DNA of 64,000 nucleotides from Eledone cirrhosa (Eukaryota): NCBI GenBank assembly GCA_964016885.1, contig OZ024742.1, positions 21,948,001 to 22,012,000 of the forward strand, read 5' to 3'. Shown piece by piece: positions 1 to 10,607 of this stretch (position 1 is its first letter; each line of letters starts with the position of its first letter). The notes under the pieces were generated by a model. It saw only the letters and a program-made list of their open reading frames with translations, ran no database searches and was not told where the DNA came from. The position numbers and the translations under genes were made by a program.

Positions 1-132
1 ATTATATTCTTGCTTAGGGTGAAAGCTAATATTTGCCTGAATTTCTTTATTATATATTGTGATCGACTATTATTATTGTTAGGACGACTACATTTCATTC
101 ATATAAATATATGTGTGTTTGTATGTTTGTGT

Positions 133-234
<102 letters not shown>

Positions 235-251
235 ACATACACACACAGACT

Positions 252-330
<79 letters not shown>

Positions 331-414
331 ATAATAATAAATTTGAAGACTAAAATCCAAAGTGGGATCGATAAGGATAAATATATATCAAATATATAAG
401 AACAGTAGAGCAAA

Positions 415-540
415 TATTTATTAAAATAACAGATTAAAGTTTAAGCAAAGGATCGCTGATTTCACCCTAACGGGATCTTTCCCGTTAGGGTGAAAGCAGC
501 GATTCTTTGCTTAAACTTTAATCTGTTATTTTAATAAATA
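415..540. repeat. Fold-back inverted repeat of a Penelope-like 3' end; both arms are truncated inside a hammerhead core
   Basis: Arms 415-475 and 481-540 are reverse complements. The minus strand reads aaga-tcccgttagggt-GAAA-tcagcga-TC, an HHR lacking its initial CTG. A single copy of the same family is at about 12085-12150. Confidence 0.6.
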
Positions 541-565
541 AATATGTATATATATATATATATAT

Positions 566-760
566 AATATATTAATAAATGGAAACTATGTTTATAAAAC
601 CATATTTGGTTTTATAAATATAGTTTTATAATATGGTTTTATAAATAAAGTTTCCATTTATTAATATATTGTAAATTTACTCCACTAACTTGTTGAGTGC
701 TTTATATCAGTTATAAAACATTTTAAGCTTGTTGAATCCCAACAAATTAAATATAGCCTC
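566..760 (+). mobile_element. Short Penelope-like 3' end with inverted duplication (566-670)
   Basis: Inverted arms aataaatggaaactat..tataaaaccatatt / aatatggttttata..gtttccatttatt. The same sequence occurs at 52180-52222 downstream of an HHR-like remnant. Flanked by (TA)n. Confidence 0.5.
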
Positions 761-870
761 TGTATATATATATATATATATATATATACGTTATTCCGGG
801 TTGAATCGGAGGTAACCACAGTAAGTAAGGTACTCAATACATAGCAGAGTATAAAGGTTTTAATATAGAT

Positions 871-922
871 GAGATTCTACAGGACTAGAACTGTTTCATT
901 CATTAGAAATCATCAGGAATCT
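871..922 (-). ncRNA. Type I hammerhead ribozyme (family H1), intact
   Basis: Minus strand: AGATTC-CTGATGA-t ttc taat gaa t-GAAA-CAG ttctagtc CTG-TA-GAATCT. Stems I, II and III all pair. Confidence 0.85.
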
Positions 923-967
923 GATGATTTCTAATGAATGAAACAGTTCTAGTCCTGTAGAATCTCA
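921..967 (+). ncRNA. Inverted copy of the H1 hammerhead lacking the 5' strand of stem I
   Basis: CTGATGA...GAAACAG...CTGTA GAATCTC is present, but the upstream sequence (caggaat) cannot form stem I. Confidence 0.6.
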
Positions 968-1167
968 TATATATATAGTGAAAACTGGGACGGGAACAAA
1001 AACAGAGAGGCAGTTTAAACAAAGGTTTATTAGTTTCACGCTCTTGAGAGTGGATATGTCACTATCTCCATAGCTCACTTAAAATTTCTCTATATCTATC
1101 TCTATCGATCTTTCTCAATCTATCTATCTATCTCTTCCTCTCTCATTCCCTCTTTTTGTCATTACAG

Positions 1168-1299
1168 AGAATGATATAGCGATCGTAAATCTACCAACTT
1201 CCATGAGTGACGGTAACTGCATCAAACCGTTAAGTATTCCGACTAAAGGCGAGAACATAACCCAGAACTGCGTCATTGCAGGCTGGGGTGTCAGTTCTG
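1168..1299 (+). CDS. S1 (trypsin/chymotrypsin-like) serine protease, internal exon carrying the catalytic Asp (NDIAIV...CVIAGWG); upstream exons lie outside the window
   Basis: Polypyrimidine tract and cag acceptor at 1165-1167. Reads NDIAIVNLPTSMSDGNCIKPLSIPTKGENITQNCVIAGWGVSS and ends at G|gtaagt (phase 1). NDIA and C-x-x-x-GWG are S1 hallmarks. Confidence 0.92.
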
Positions 1300-1387
1300 G
1301 TAAGTGTATCATTAGTTCCTATCACAGAACATTTCTCCATAAAGCTATCATAAACTACAGACAGCAGGCTTATGATAATGGAAAGAC

Positions 1388-1677
1388 AGACAAATATAAG
1401 ACCCCTGGCAGTGGAGACTTCTGGTGTCCTCGGCCCCAGGGCTACCTCCTTACTCACCACCTATATAGGCGCTGAGCTGGCCAGCCGCAGCTGTGAGCTC
1501 CGCGAGTTGGAGTGGCTTTTCCAGCGTGTCTCCCTTGCCATCCTCCGGGGAAACGCCTTCTCCATTCTGTCCGCCGGGTCTGTGGGTGGGCCCCATCGCG
1601 TACCAATACATTAGTTAAATACCATTATTTCATCTGATACAACACAATAAAAACTAAAGTGTTTAAAAAAGAAAAAA
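1388..1677 (+). mobile_element. 3' fragment of a CRE-like RLE non-LTR retrotransposon in the protease intron
   Basis: PLAVETSGVLGP...LFQRVSLAILRGNA matches the C-terminal signature of CRE-clade elements. Followed by AATAAA and an A-rich tail. Confidence 0.75.
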
Positions 1678-1980
1678 GTATCTATACCGAGTATTGTATA
1701 TATTCATTTATGTATATATACATAACACACACACACACATACACACATATACATATACTCACACATACTACACATACTCTCACACACACACACATATACA
1801 TATAGTTATATATATATATATACAAACACACACATATATATATATGTGTGTGTGAGTGTGTGTGTATATACAAGAGTAATAAGTTCAGATATGAAAGTGC
1901 CTGTGATATACTAAGAAGTTCTAAAGCTTCTAAAATGCTAAAGACGCTGTCAAAACCCTCGTCTGGATTATTATAAATTG

Positions 1981-2061
<81 letters not shown>

Positions 2062-3045
2062 TATATAAATAAATTTATTCCTTCATCAGTGATCTTCCAA
2101 CCATCATTGGTATTTCATCGCTTTAAAGACCATATACCTCCGGTTGGTGCGGGCAACGGCTAAAAAAAGTTGTTGGGACACGTAAATAAAGGGGACACGA
2201 GTGTAAACAAACAAAGATGGTGAAGCAACGAAAAGTGAGGAAGAAGGAGTCAAGTCCCAAATTTCTATGAATTTAAATTCGGTGAAATCGTGAACGAGAG
2301 AGAATAAAGACCATCAAACCTGGTTGGAATGTGAGCAAGGAAGGAATTCCGTACAGGTCTAACGGGAGGAAGAAGGGATCTAGTCTGTGAATTCGGTGAA
2401 CGTAAGTTCTGTGAAATCGTAGACGATATATATATATATATATATATATAAATTTTAGTACAGCATTGACGAAGCTTTAGTATACGGCCAAGCTAGCGTA
2501 TATGCACAGTCGGTCTGTAGCTTTAGCACTCGGATGAGGTAAGACCCCAGAGTAATAACATTACATTCAGACAGCTTAGCAAATCAGATATAGTTGTCGG
2601 CAGTCCAACCGCATTACCAGAGCAACGAAAATACATGACCCAGGAAAAGATTTTATTCTGACCTGGACATAACGCTGAGGCTGAGTGTAAAATATATAAC
2701 CCACATGGTGTATCCACAATATAGATCACAATATCACATCCAACATCAGCGCTAAGTTTCTGCAAATCCAAGATCGACAAATTCCTATTGCAGGAGTCTG
2801 CAATATAATGGTTTTAGACGACAGAACATAGGATTTACTTCTTCAGCAAGTTCTTAGCCAAAGCGGGTATGTTGTAACTTTAAAGGTCGCCATAGACACG
2901 TGGTTTTCTCCAAGGGAGGTAACCCCCGCTTAGGCGGTGTATTCTAATTTGAGGTAAAGGTATAAATCCCCTTATACAAACCGAATAAAGCACTTGACTA
3001 GAAGTTATCAAACAAACTTAAACAATTAACCAATCAATAGAATAT

Positions 3046-3079
<34 letters not shown>

Positions 3080-3126
3080 AATGAATAATAACAGGTAGAC
3101 ATCATAAAAAGGTAATTTATTCTGTG

Positions 3127-3238
3127 TGCTTACAAATGTTTCCACGGTGGTTATACAGCCTACTTATGCTATGTGCAAATTTATAACTATTTGCAAAACT
3201 CAATTATCAAATGCTGTGACCACTGTATCATCAGAGCA
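3127..3238 (-). ncRNA. Type I hammerhead ribozyme with a long, internally structured stem II
   Basis: Minus strand: TGCT-CTGATGA-[tacagtggtcacagc...gctgtataaccaccgtg]-GAAA-CATTTG-TA-AGCA. Stem II contains an inner tgcaaat/atttgca hairpin. Confidence 0.75.
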
Positions 3239-3659
3239 GAATGGTTAAAATGTACAATGTAAATACCCTTAAGTGAGGTTATTGGGGAAGATAGAGTAGA
3301 GAAGGAAGAGAGAAAAGAAGGGGAGAGGGAGAGAGAGAGAGAGATATGCAGGGGTTGGAGAAATGGGAGAGAGTGGTTTGTAGATATCTTAATCAAAAAG
3401 TTGTGGTAGGGGTTTTATTATACTGTTTACACTTAAAGCGACCATCTTAAGCGATGCGTTGATAGTTAAGGTTGGGATTATTTATTGCCCCAGAGGGCAG
3501 GTTCGTAGATGTGGAGAGAGAGGAAGGTGGACCTAGGGCGAGAGAGAGAGTTGAGTAACCTCTCGTTGAGTAACCTCTTACCGTACGTCAACTCTATCCA
3601 GTGTAGTAATTAACCATTACTGCATCCAGGATAATCCTCTACCTAATATATATATATAT

Positions 3660-3925
3660 ATATATATGTAAGTATGTATGTATACGTACATACATATATG
3701 TATACAGACGTACAGTAGCATGTATATATATACATACAGGCACATATATATATATGCACGTATCAGTTTACCGAACATTTATTATAATGATCGGTTTGTT
3801 TGTTTGTAAACAAACAGCCTGATTTACGCCGTACAGTGTTCAGGCAACCACGTCACCTTTTTGTTCAACACTGACACAGGAACGATGTACTAGTTTCAAG
3901 CTTATTAGCTATCGTCAGCACCGTA
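3660..3925 (-). mobile_element. Short HHR-bearing Penelope-like element; an inverted 5'-truncated copy lies at 12200-12460
   Basis: About 260 bp, near-identical in reverse complement to 12200-12460. Both copies sit in (TA)n. Confidence 0.7.
3882..3924 (-). ncRNA. Minimal type I hammerhead ribozyme with palindromic stem III (CTAG)
   Basis: Minus strand: ACGGTG-CTGACGA-t agct aata agct t-GAAA-CTAG-TA-CATCGT. Confidence 0.85.
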
Positions 3926-3982
3926 TACCTTTCTGCCAGATGGTTGAACGTCCGAAAGTATATACTTTCCTTATGAAAATTA

Positions 3983-4046
<64 letters not shown>

Positions 4047-4142
4047 AGAAGAATTCTACAGGGATGGTACTGTTTTATTCGCATGAAATCATCTTCTCTA
4101 GTAATACTTTGAGTAACTTATTTAAAACCAACCATCATTATA

Positions 4143-4325
4143 GGTGGATTGGCAGTATCGGTAGAGGGTCGGACGCCATGCTTTGACGCATTGAGTTACG
4201 GCCCTTGCCATTCTGAGTTCAAATCCCGCCGAGGTTAACTTTGCCTTTCATCTATAAGGGGTCGATAAAATAAAGTACCAGTAATATGCTGGGGAAATAG
4301 CTGGCCTTGTGCCAAACGTAGAAAC
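4143..4325 (+). mobile_element. tRNA-derived SINE, family 1
   Basis: A-box TGGCAGTATCGG, B-box GAGTTCAAATCCC, and body gggtcgataaaataaagtaccagt. More than 15 copies in the window. Confidence 0.85.
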
Positions 4326-4643
4326 AGTTATATATATATATGTGTGTATGTGTGTGTGTGTGTTTTAGTGTGTGAGTATATTTGTGTATGTGTGTGTACG
4401 TGTGTCTATGTATAATTTGCTAGTCACCATATCTCCTTCCCCCTCTCTCTCTCCCGTCGCCTAATAAACCTTGCTCTTTCCCTCCTTTTGTTCATATTTA
4501 GGGCATTTATAGCCCTAAATATGAAGATCTGCTCGTCTTTACAGCCCTTGTTTGTTCATTACTTAATTTTGTTTTTATCTTTTTTATATATTTTCATAAT
4601 TCTGTAACTTCTGCATTTGTGAAGTTTATATCTAATAATAATC

Positions 4644-4825
4644 GTTTCTACTTTTGGCACAAGGCCAGCATTATCCCGGTGTATTACTGGTACTTTATTT
4701 TATCGACCCCGTAAGGATGAAAGGCAAAGTTAACCTCGGCGGGATTTGAACTCAGAATGGCAAGGGATGTAACTCTATGCGTCAAATCATGGCGTCCGAC
4801 CCTCTACCGATACTGCCAATCCATC
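4644..4825 (-). mobile_element. tRNA-derived SINE, family 1 (inverted relative to 4143-4325)
   Basis: Near-identical reverse complement of the 4143-4325 copy. Confidence 0.85.
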
Positions 4826-5007
4826 GCCTTATATCTAATAGCCAGGATTCGTTTACAAGCTAACAGCCTTATTACGCTATATTTTTCGATAACCATCACC
4901 ATCCTTCACCCCTAGAACAAAAGGATGGCAATGATCTTCCAAAAAACATAGCATAATGAGGCTGTTTGTTTGCAAACGAATCGAATATTACTATTATTCG
5001 ATATAAT

Positions 5008-5189
5008 GGTGGATTGGCAGTATCTGTAGACTGTCAGACATATGCTTTCCAGCAAAGAGTTACGTCTCTTTCCGGTCTGAGTTCAAATCCCGCCGAGGTT
5101 AAATTTGCGTTTCATCCTTACGGGGTCGATAAAATAAAGTACCAGTGATGCACTGGGGTATTTGCTGGCATTGTGCCAAAAGTAGAAAT
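5008..5189 (+). mobile_element. tRNA-derived SINE, family 1
   Basis: Same A/B boxes and body as the other family-1 copies. Confidence 0.8.
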
Positions 5190-5340
5190 ATTTATTATTC
5201 AATATAAAACTCATGAATGCATTTACGTATCCGCTATGTTAGAGCAAAAAACTAAATTCTAATTTTCTATAACTTCTGTTTGTAAAATATAACTGATGTA
5301 AGCTATTGAATGTTTCGCTACCTACTCATATTTTCTTCAG

Positions 5341-5483
5341 GAAGCAGATATGGTACAAATGAACTTCAGGCAGCCAACGTTACGAAGTTCTCTGAAGCAG
5401 AATGTAAAAAACATTTCTCACGCCTCACTGACCAGCAGGTGTGTGCTGGGTCAGGGGTTAGAAATGGACCCGAATCTTGTCGA
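5341..5483 (+). CDS. S1 serine protease, next exon (LQAANV...C...QVCAG...ESCR)
   Basis: ttttcttcag acceptor. Phase 1 matches the previous exon (G|GA = Gly). Reads GSRYGTNELQAANVTKFSEAECKKHFSRLTDQQVCAGSGVRNGPESCR, then gtaagt donor (phase 0). Confidence 0.92.
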
Positions 5484-5520
5484 GTAAGTAGGAATTCTTT
5501 CTCATTAAATATGCCTAAAA

Positions 5521-6302
5521 AGGAGTTAGATTGGTTGTATCAGTAGAGCGTAAGACAACATGCTTTGCGGCAAATAGTTAGGGCGCTTTACGTTCTGAGT
5601 TCAAATCTTGGTGAGGTTAGCTTTGACTTTCAGCCTTACGGGGTCAATAAACTAAAGTACCAGTAATGCACTGGGGGTTAATTTAAGGGACTTTCCCCTC
5701 CCCCAAATTATTGTTTTGTATCTAAATCAGAAACCATTATTATAATGTTCATTATATGGTGGATTGGCAGTATCGGTAGAGGGTCTGACGCCATGCTTTG
5801 CAGTAAAGAGTTACGGCTCTTTATTGTCTGAGTTCAAATCCCGCCGAGGTTAACTTTGCCTTTCATCCTTATGGGGTCGATAAAATAAAGTACCAGTAAT
5901 GCACTGGGATAATTGGTGGCCTTGTGTCAAAAGTAGAAACGATTATTATAATGTTCATTGGGGCAGTGGTTTGGCAGTATCGGCAGAGCGTCCGACAACA
6001 TACTTTACGCTTTATAGTTATTGCCCTTCACCGGGGATCAATAAAATAAAGTACCAGTAATGTACTGGAGTCAATTTAATCAACTTTCCCCTCCTTCGCA
6101 ATTGTTGGCATTGTGCCCTAATCAAAAACCATTCAATACACCTAAGAAATATAAATTCCGGAATTGGCAATTTCTTTAGAACGTCGGATAAAATATTTTG
6201 CGATATTTCTTCTTGCACAAAGTTCAAATAACTCCGAGTTCAACTTTGATTTCATCCTTTCCAGGGCAATAAACAAAGTACCAGTCGACCCCCTGGGGTC
6301 AA
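5521..6302 (+). mobile_element. Head-to-tail cluster of four family-1 SINEs
   Basis: Copies start at about 5521, 5758, 5962 and 6158. The first two junctions share the spacer attattataatgttcatt. Confidence 0.8.
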
Positions 6303-6782
6303 TTCTTCAGCTATATATCTTACTTACTTGCACACATCCGATATTTTACTTTCCATGAAATATACCGGGTGTGTTCAGACCTGAAGACCGATTATCTCTG
6401 CCATGGTTTAAATGCTCGAACCACCTTGTATACCACTACCAGGACCCTACGACTGAATCATGAGTTGGGAGCTTAAGGACCTCTAAAATACATCAATCGT
6501 AGGTGAACTTACAGAGTCATTAGAGCGTAAAACAGAATATCATGCGCTATCTGTTCCGGTTCTCGGTGCTCTGAGTTCAAATACTGACTCCATCCATGGA
6601 GTCGAATAAATAAAGTACTTTCCCAGACTGTATAGAAGGAATTGTTAGAATGTCAAACATGTGGCATTAGTACCGGTTCATTGCAGTTAGAGTTTTGGAG
6701 TAATTAATACCCAACCCCCACCCCCTGATTTAACAACAATAATTTGGGGAACTTCAGAATACTTCACTATGTTGCTATAAAT

Positions 6783-7470
6783 GTGTGGTTTAGTGTTTTG
6801 TGTGTTCGTCTCACAGCTATAACGTCATAGGTTCGACTCCCAATGATGGGTTGTGTACTTGATCAAAGTACAATATTCCAGGCTGCTCCAAATCCTCATG
6901 ATGCTGCGAAAGTGTGTGACTTAGTGGTTAGTGTGTTCTGCTCATGATCATGGAGTCATGCGTTCGACTCCCAGTGGTGGGTTGTGTCCTTGCTCAATAT
7001 ACTCTATCCCACGTTGCTCCAGTTCCCTCTGCAATAATGAGTTGTACATGTGATTCAAAGGGACAACTTTGTTATACACTCTATCACACTGACTCACCCT
7101 GGGAATTATAATATGTGTACACCTGTCTGCGGAATGGTCAGTCACTTGCACGTAGATTTCATAAGCTGGCAGTTCCATGGACCGAAACACTGGAACACTC
7201 ATCGTCGAAACCGACGGAGGTCTATTCCAGTTCCTAAATAATGGCGTGAATTCGATTCCTGGGCTGGGTTACGAGTTGTGTTATTGAACAAAACACGTCA
7301 TTTCACGTTGATCCAGTATACTCAACTGAAAATGAGTACCAGCAATAGCTGGAGGTTTAAACCCGCAATGGACTGGCGTCCTCTCCAGGAGGGATTCTTG
7401 TACGCTCAGTCATTTCAGGCTATAAAAACGGGGTAAGCACCGGCCTAACGAGCTTTCTGGCTTATGACAG
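6783..7470 (+). mobile_element. Cluster of CORE-like tRNA-derived SINEs (family 2)
   Basis: gtggtttagtg...ggttcgactccc heads and a tgtgtccttg..caa CORE-like segment. Related pieces are at 8965-9130, 58879-59168, 59390-59645 (-) and 63715-63815 (-). Confidence 0.65.
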
Positions 7471-7545
7471 ACATTTGTAGTTAAAAACAGACTTCGATGT
7501 TTGCCAGAAAATGAAGAGGTCGACATGATAAGGAGATGTCAGTTA

Positions 7546-7573
7546 TCTCTCTATAAATAAAACAGAGGATGTA

Positions 7574-7604
<31 letters not shown>

Positions 7605-8156
7605 TTGTCTGTGTAAATCCCTAAAACTCGAAAAGTACCCGACCGATTTTTTTCAAACTTTACACATGCGTTACTTATATTAAAATTTTTGTCGGCGCCC
7701 TGTTGACGCTTCGTGCTTTCATCACGCGCAAATCTGGACCCTGTGTACGTTGGCGTGTTATTGACACCGTAAAACTCACGTCTGTGCTATTTACTAAGAT
7801 CCCTTTTGTTGCACCTACACCGCAGTATGAACGCCCTGCACAAGTACGCCGAACAGCCTTTGTGCTAATTCCGCGGTGACCGTTTTTCTCGCGCCTTTGT
7901 TGCTGCGTAAACGCAGTGCAACCAGTGCCGCCCAGCATTTGCACTATCACCCCCATCTGCTGCAGCTGCCTTGCCACGCTGATTTCGTCATCTCAATATC
8001 CCTACTTGGTTTTCACATAATTGATTACGTCGCTCCTTAATCATTCCCTGAGAATAAAGGAATTCAAAAATTACACAACTACATTCCTCAATCTTTGCAT
8101 ATGCGTGTTGCTATTTCACGTTTCCTACCCCGTGCAACGCCGGGTCCTGCTGCTAG
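7546..8156 (+). mobile_element. Non-autonomous Helitron
   Basis: A|TC 5' end, (CTGT)n near the 5' end, subterminal hairpin cccgtgcaacgccggg, and CTAG|T 3' end. Confidence 0.8.
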
Positions 8157-8203
8157 TACTTTCTAAAAGTTAATTTTCGTTTCTTATGTTTTTCTTTGTT
8201 TAG

Positions 8204-8365
8204 GGAGATTCCGGTGGTCCTTTGATGTGTCATCGTGAGTCGGACAATAAACTAGTTGTGGTCGGAGTGACATCATATGGTAATTATAGATGTAACACAG
8301 GATTCACTGTTTACAGTAATGTGCCATATTTTCAAAAATGGATCGATGGCATAGATTACAACTAA
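8204..8365 (+). CDS. S1 serine protease, last exon with the catalytic Ser (GDSGGPL)
   Basis: tttctttgtttag acceptor, phase 0. Reads GDSGGPLMCHRESDNKLVVVGVTSYGNYRCNTGFTVYSNVPYFQKWIDGIDYN*, with TAA at 8363-8365. Confidence 0.95.
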   Translation, partial: GDSGGPLMCHRESDNKLVVVGVTSYGNYRCNTGFTVYSNVPYFQKWIDGIDYN

Positions 8366-8449
8366 TAAAGAAAATATCATGAAGAACTACAGAGGTTGTA
8401 TGGCACCAGAGAAGTTTTGAACCCTAGAACCCCTCAGTCTGAGAATAAA
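8364..8449 (+). terminator. Candidate polyadenylation signals of the protease gene
   Basis: AATAAA at 8364-8369 (overlapping the stop) and at 8444-8449. Confidence 0.5.
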
Positions 8450-9412
8450 TAATAAGGATAGATTTTTTACTAATTATATAATGTAAACCTAAACAAATAA
8501 ATAAATTCCATTTCGTCTACGTTTTGTTCTGTTTTGCAGTCATTAAACTGACTAGCAGAACTCCCACTCTTCGGGTGGTTATCTGCTAGCATGTGTATAT
8601 TGATATTATACGCAAGTATATATACATGTAGATATGATACATCAGATAAAATCGTAATTGACAATATACACAGAAATTGAACGAAGACGGTGTTACACTG
8701 TCTTATGTAATCAGTAACGTAATCCATGATACATTTTTTAAAAAAACGATATTATATATAAACTGACTTAGGAGAAAATTAGTGACGGAAATATATGAAT
8801 GTTTTTTAAGCGATCGCTAATCGGAAGTATTGACATTTGAAAATTTTAAAGAAGTGAATCTTAAAATAAGCAACAATATTATTTATATTTAATCAAGAAT
8901 AACGAAATTTAGTAGATAAATTATGTAATATTCGGAAACTGTTTGGAAACACTTTTTTGGAATGTACCTGTAGTTCAAAATGTCAGCCTTGTCACACACA
9001 GTGTAGCGCTGAATGTCCCTCAGAATCATGCTAAGAATACACGTGCCTGTGGAATAATTAGCCCTAACACGTCTATTTAATGAGCAGACTGTTCCGTTGA
9101 CCGAACAACCCGAACACTCTGAGTCCCCCATCCATTGTTTATGTTAATGATAGCGTTGGTTTCTTAATTAACTAAAATGACTGACTCGTTAGCAATGGTT
9201 GCTGTCGATGTTATAGTCAACTATAGAACAAATCTATAGGTTTTAGTCTCCGATGTATATACAAATTAAATTGAACAGTCGTAAAGTTAGAGATAGGAAA
9301 AGTAAAAAGAGATCGAAAAGCTTTCAGATCGATATAATCGACTTTCCTTTCCCTAAAAAAAAAGCTGGACTTCTGCCTAAATTAACAATCATTAGTAAAC
9401 ACTTATAAGTGC

Positions 9413-10003
9413 ACTGGATTGGAAGTATCTGTAGAACGTCGGAATGCTATTTGATATAGAGTTACGGCCCTTTACGTTCTGAGTTCAAATCCCGCCGAGG
9501 TTTGGTTTGCTTTTCATCCTTACAGGGTCGATAAAGTAAAGCACCAGTAATGTACTGAGGTCTATTTCTTCGACTTTTCCCTCCCCCAAAATTGTTGGCC
9601 TTGTGCCTATATAAGAAGCCATAATTATACAGGTATAGGTGGATTGGCAGTATCGGTAGAGGGTCGGACGCCGTGCTTTGGCGCATAGTTACGGCCCTTG
9701 CCATTCTGAGTTCGAATCCCGCCGAGATTAACTTTGCCTTTCATCCTTACGGAGTCGATAAAATAAAGTACCAGTAATGTACTGGCTAATTGCTGGCCTT
9801 GTGCCAAAAAGTAGAAACAATTATTATACAGGTATAGGTGCGGTGGCTTTGCAGAATCGTTATGGCGACGGACATAATTGAGTCTTCGCGTTGTGTGTTT
9901 AAATCTCACTGAGATCAACATTCTTCAGAAGTTGATAATATAAACTACAAGTGAATTTCCCTCCCCCTTAAAAATTGCTGGTATTGTACCCAGACAAGGA
10001 AAC
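9413..10003 (+). mobile_element. Head-to-tail triplet of family-1 SINEs
   Basis: Three copies. Both junctions read attatacaggtataggtg. Confidence 0.8.
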
Positions 10004-10607
10004 CTTTTTAAACAGTTTGTAAAACCAGGTATACTGATTAGAAAAGTTGCGAGAATCTTGGGAATTAGTTTGATTAAATACATTATCGTCACATAAGCAG
10101 TGTTTTTGCTTTTGATGCTATGATATAAGACAGGGTAATCCAATATATTTTATAAGTCACAGCATACCTAGACTAATTTAGATTAATCAAATTAATTGAA
10201 CACATTCTATTCATAATAACACATTCTATTCATAATAAAATTCTATAAAGAAAAGAACAGCCTTTGCGACCGTCTAATATATCTAACTAATACTAAACTG
10301 TTTACACAGTGACATGTTAAATGTATTGGTGTGTTTGCTATATAGTACACCATAGTATTAAAAATAAACATTGCTAATATATCAAAGTTTAATGAATTTA
10401 ACTTTAAAAAATGTGACAAATACACATACCGGTGAAGTAGGTTTAATAAAATGGTTGAGAATAGTAACTTTCAATACAATTTCAGTGGTCAGTTAACATT
10501 ACATTATGTGGTAGCTAATGATAACGTAATAATGTCTGAAAGCTTAATCCAGTGGATTATTCGTTTTCTGTTAACTGTAAAATGTTATGCATACATACAT
10601 GGTCCCG

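Noticed and set aside
2460-2525. HHR-like ttgacga...ctgtagc, and similar partial cores at 2082-2092, 4051-4098 and 60219-60226
   Set aside because: The GAAA box or the stems are missing, so no ribozyme can be supported.
4143-4230. tRNA gene
   Set aside because: The A/B boxes belong to SINE heads. There is no cloverleaf, and a SINE body always follows.
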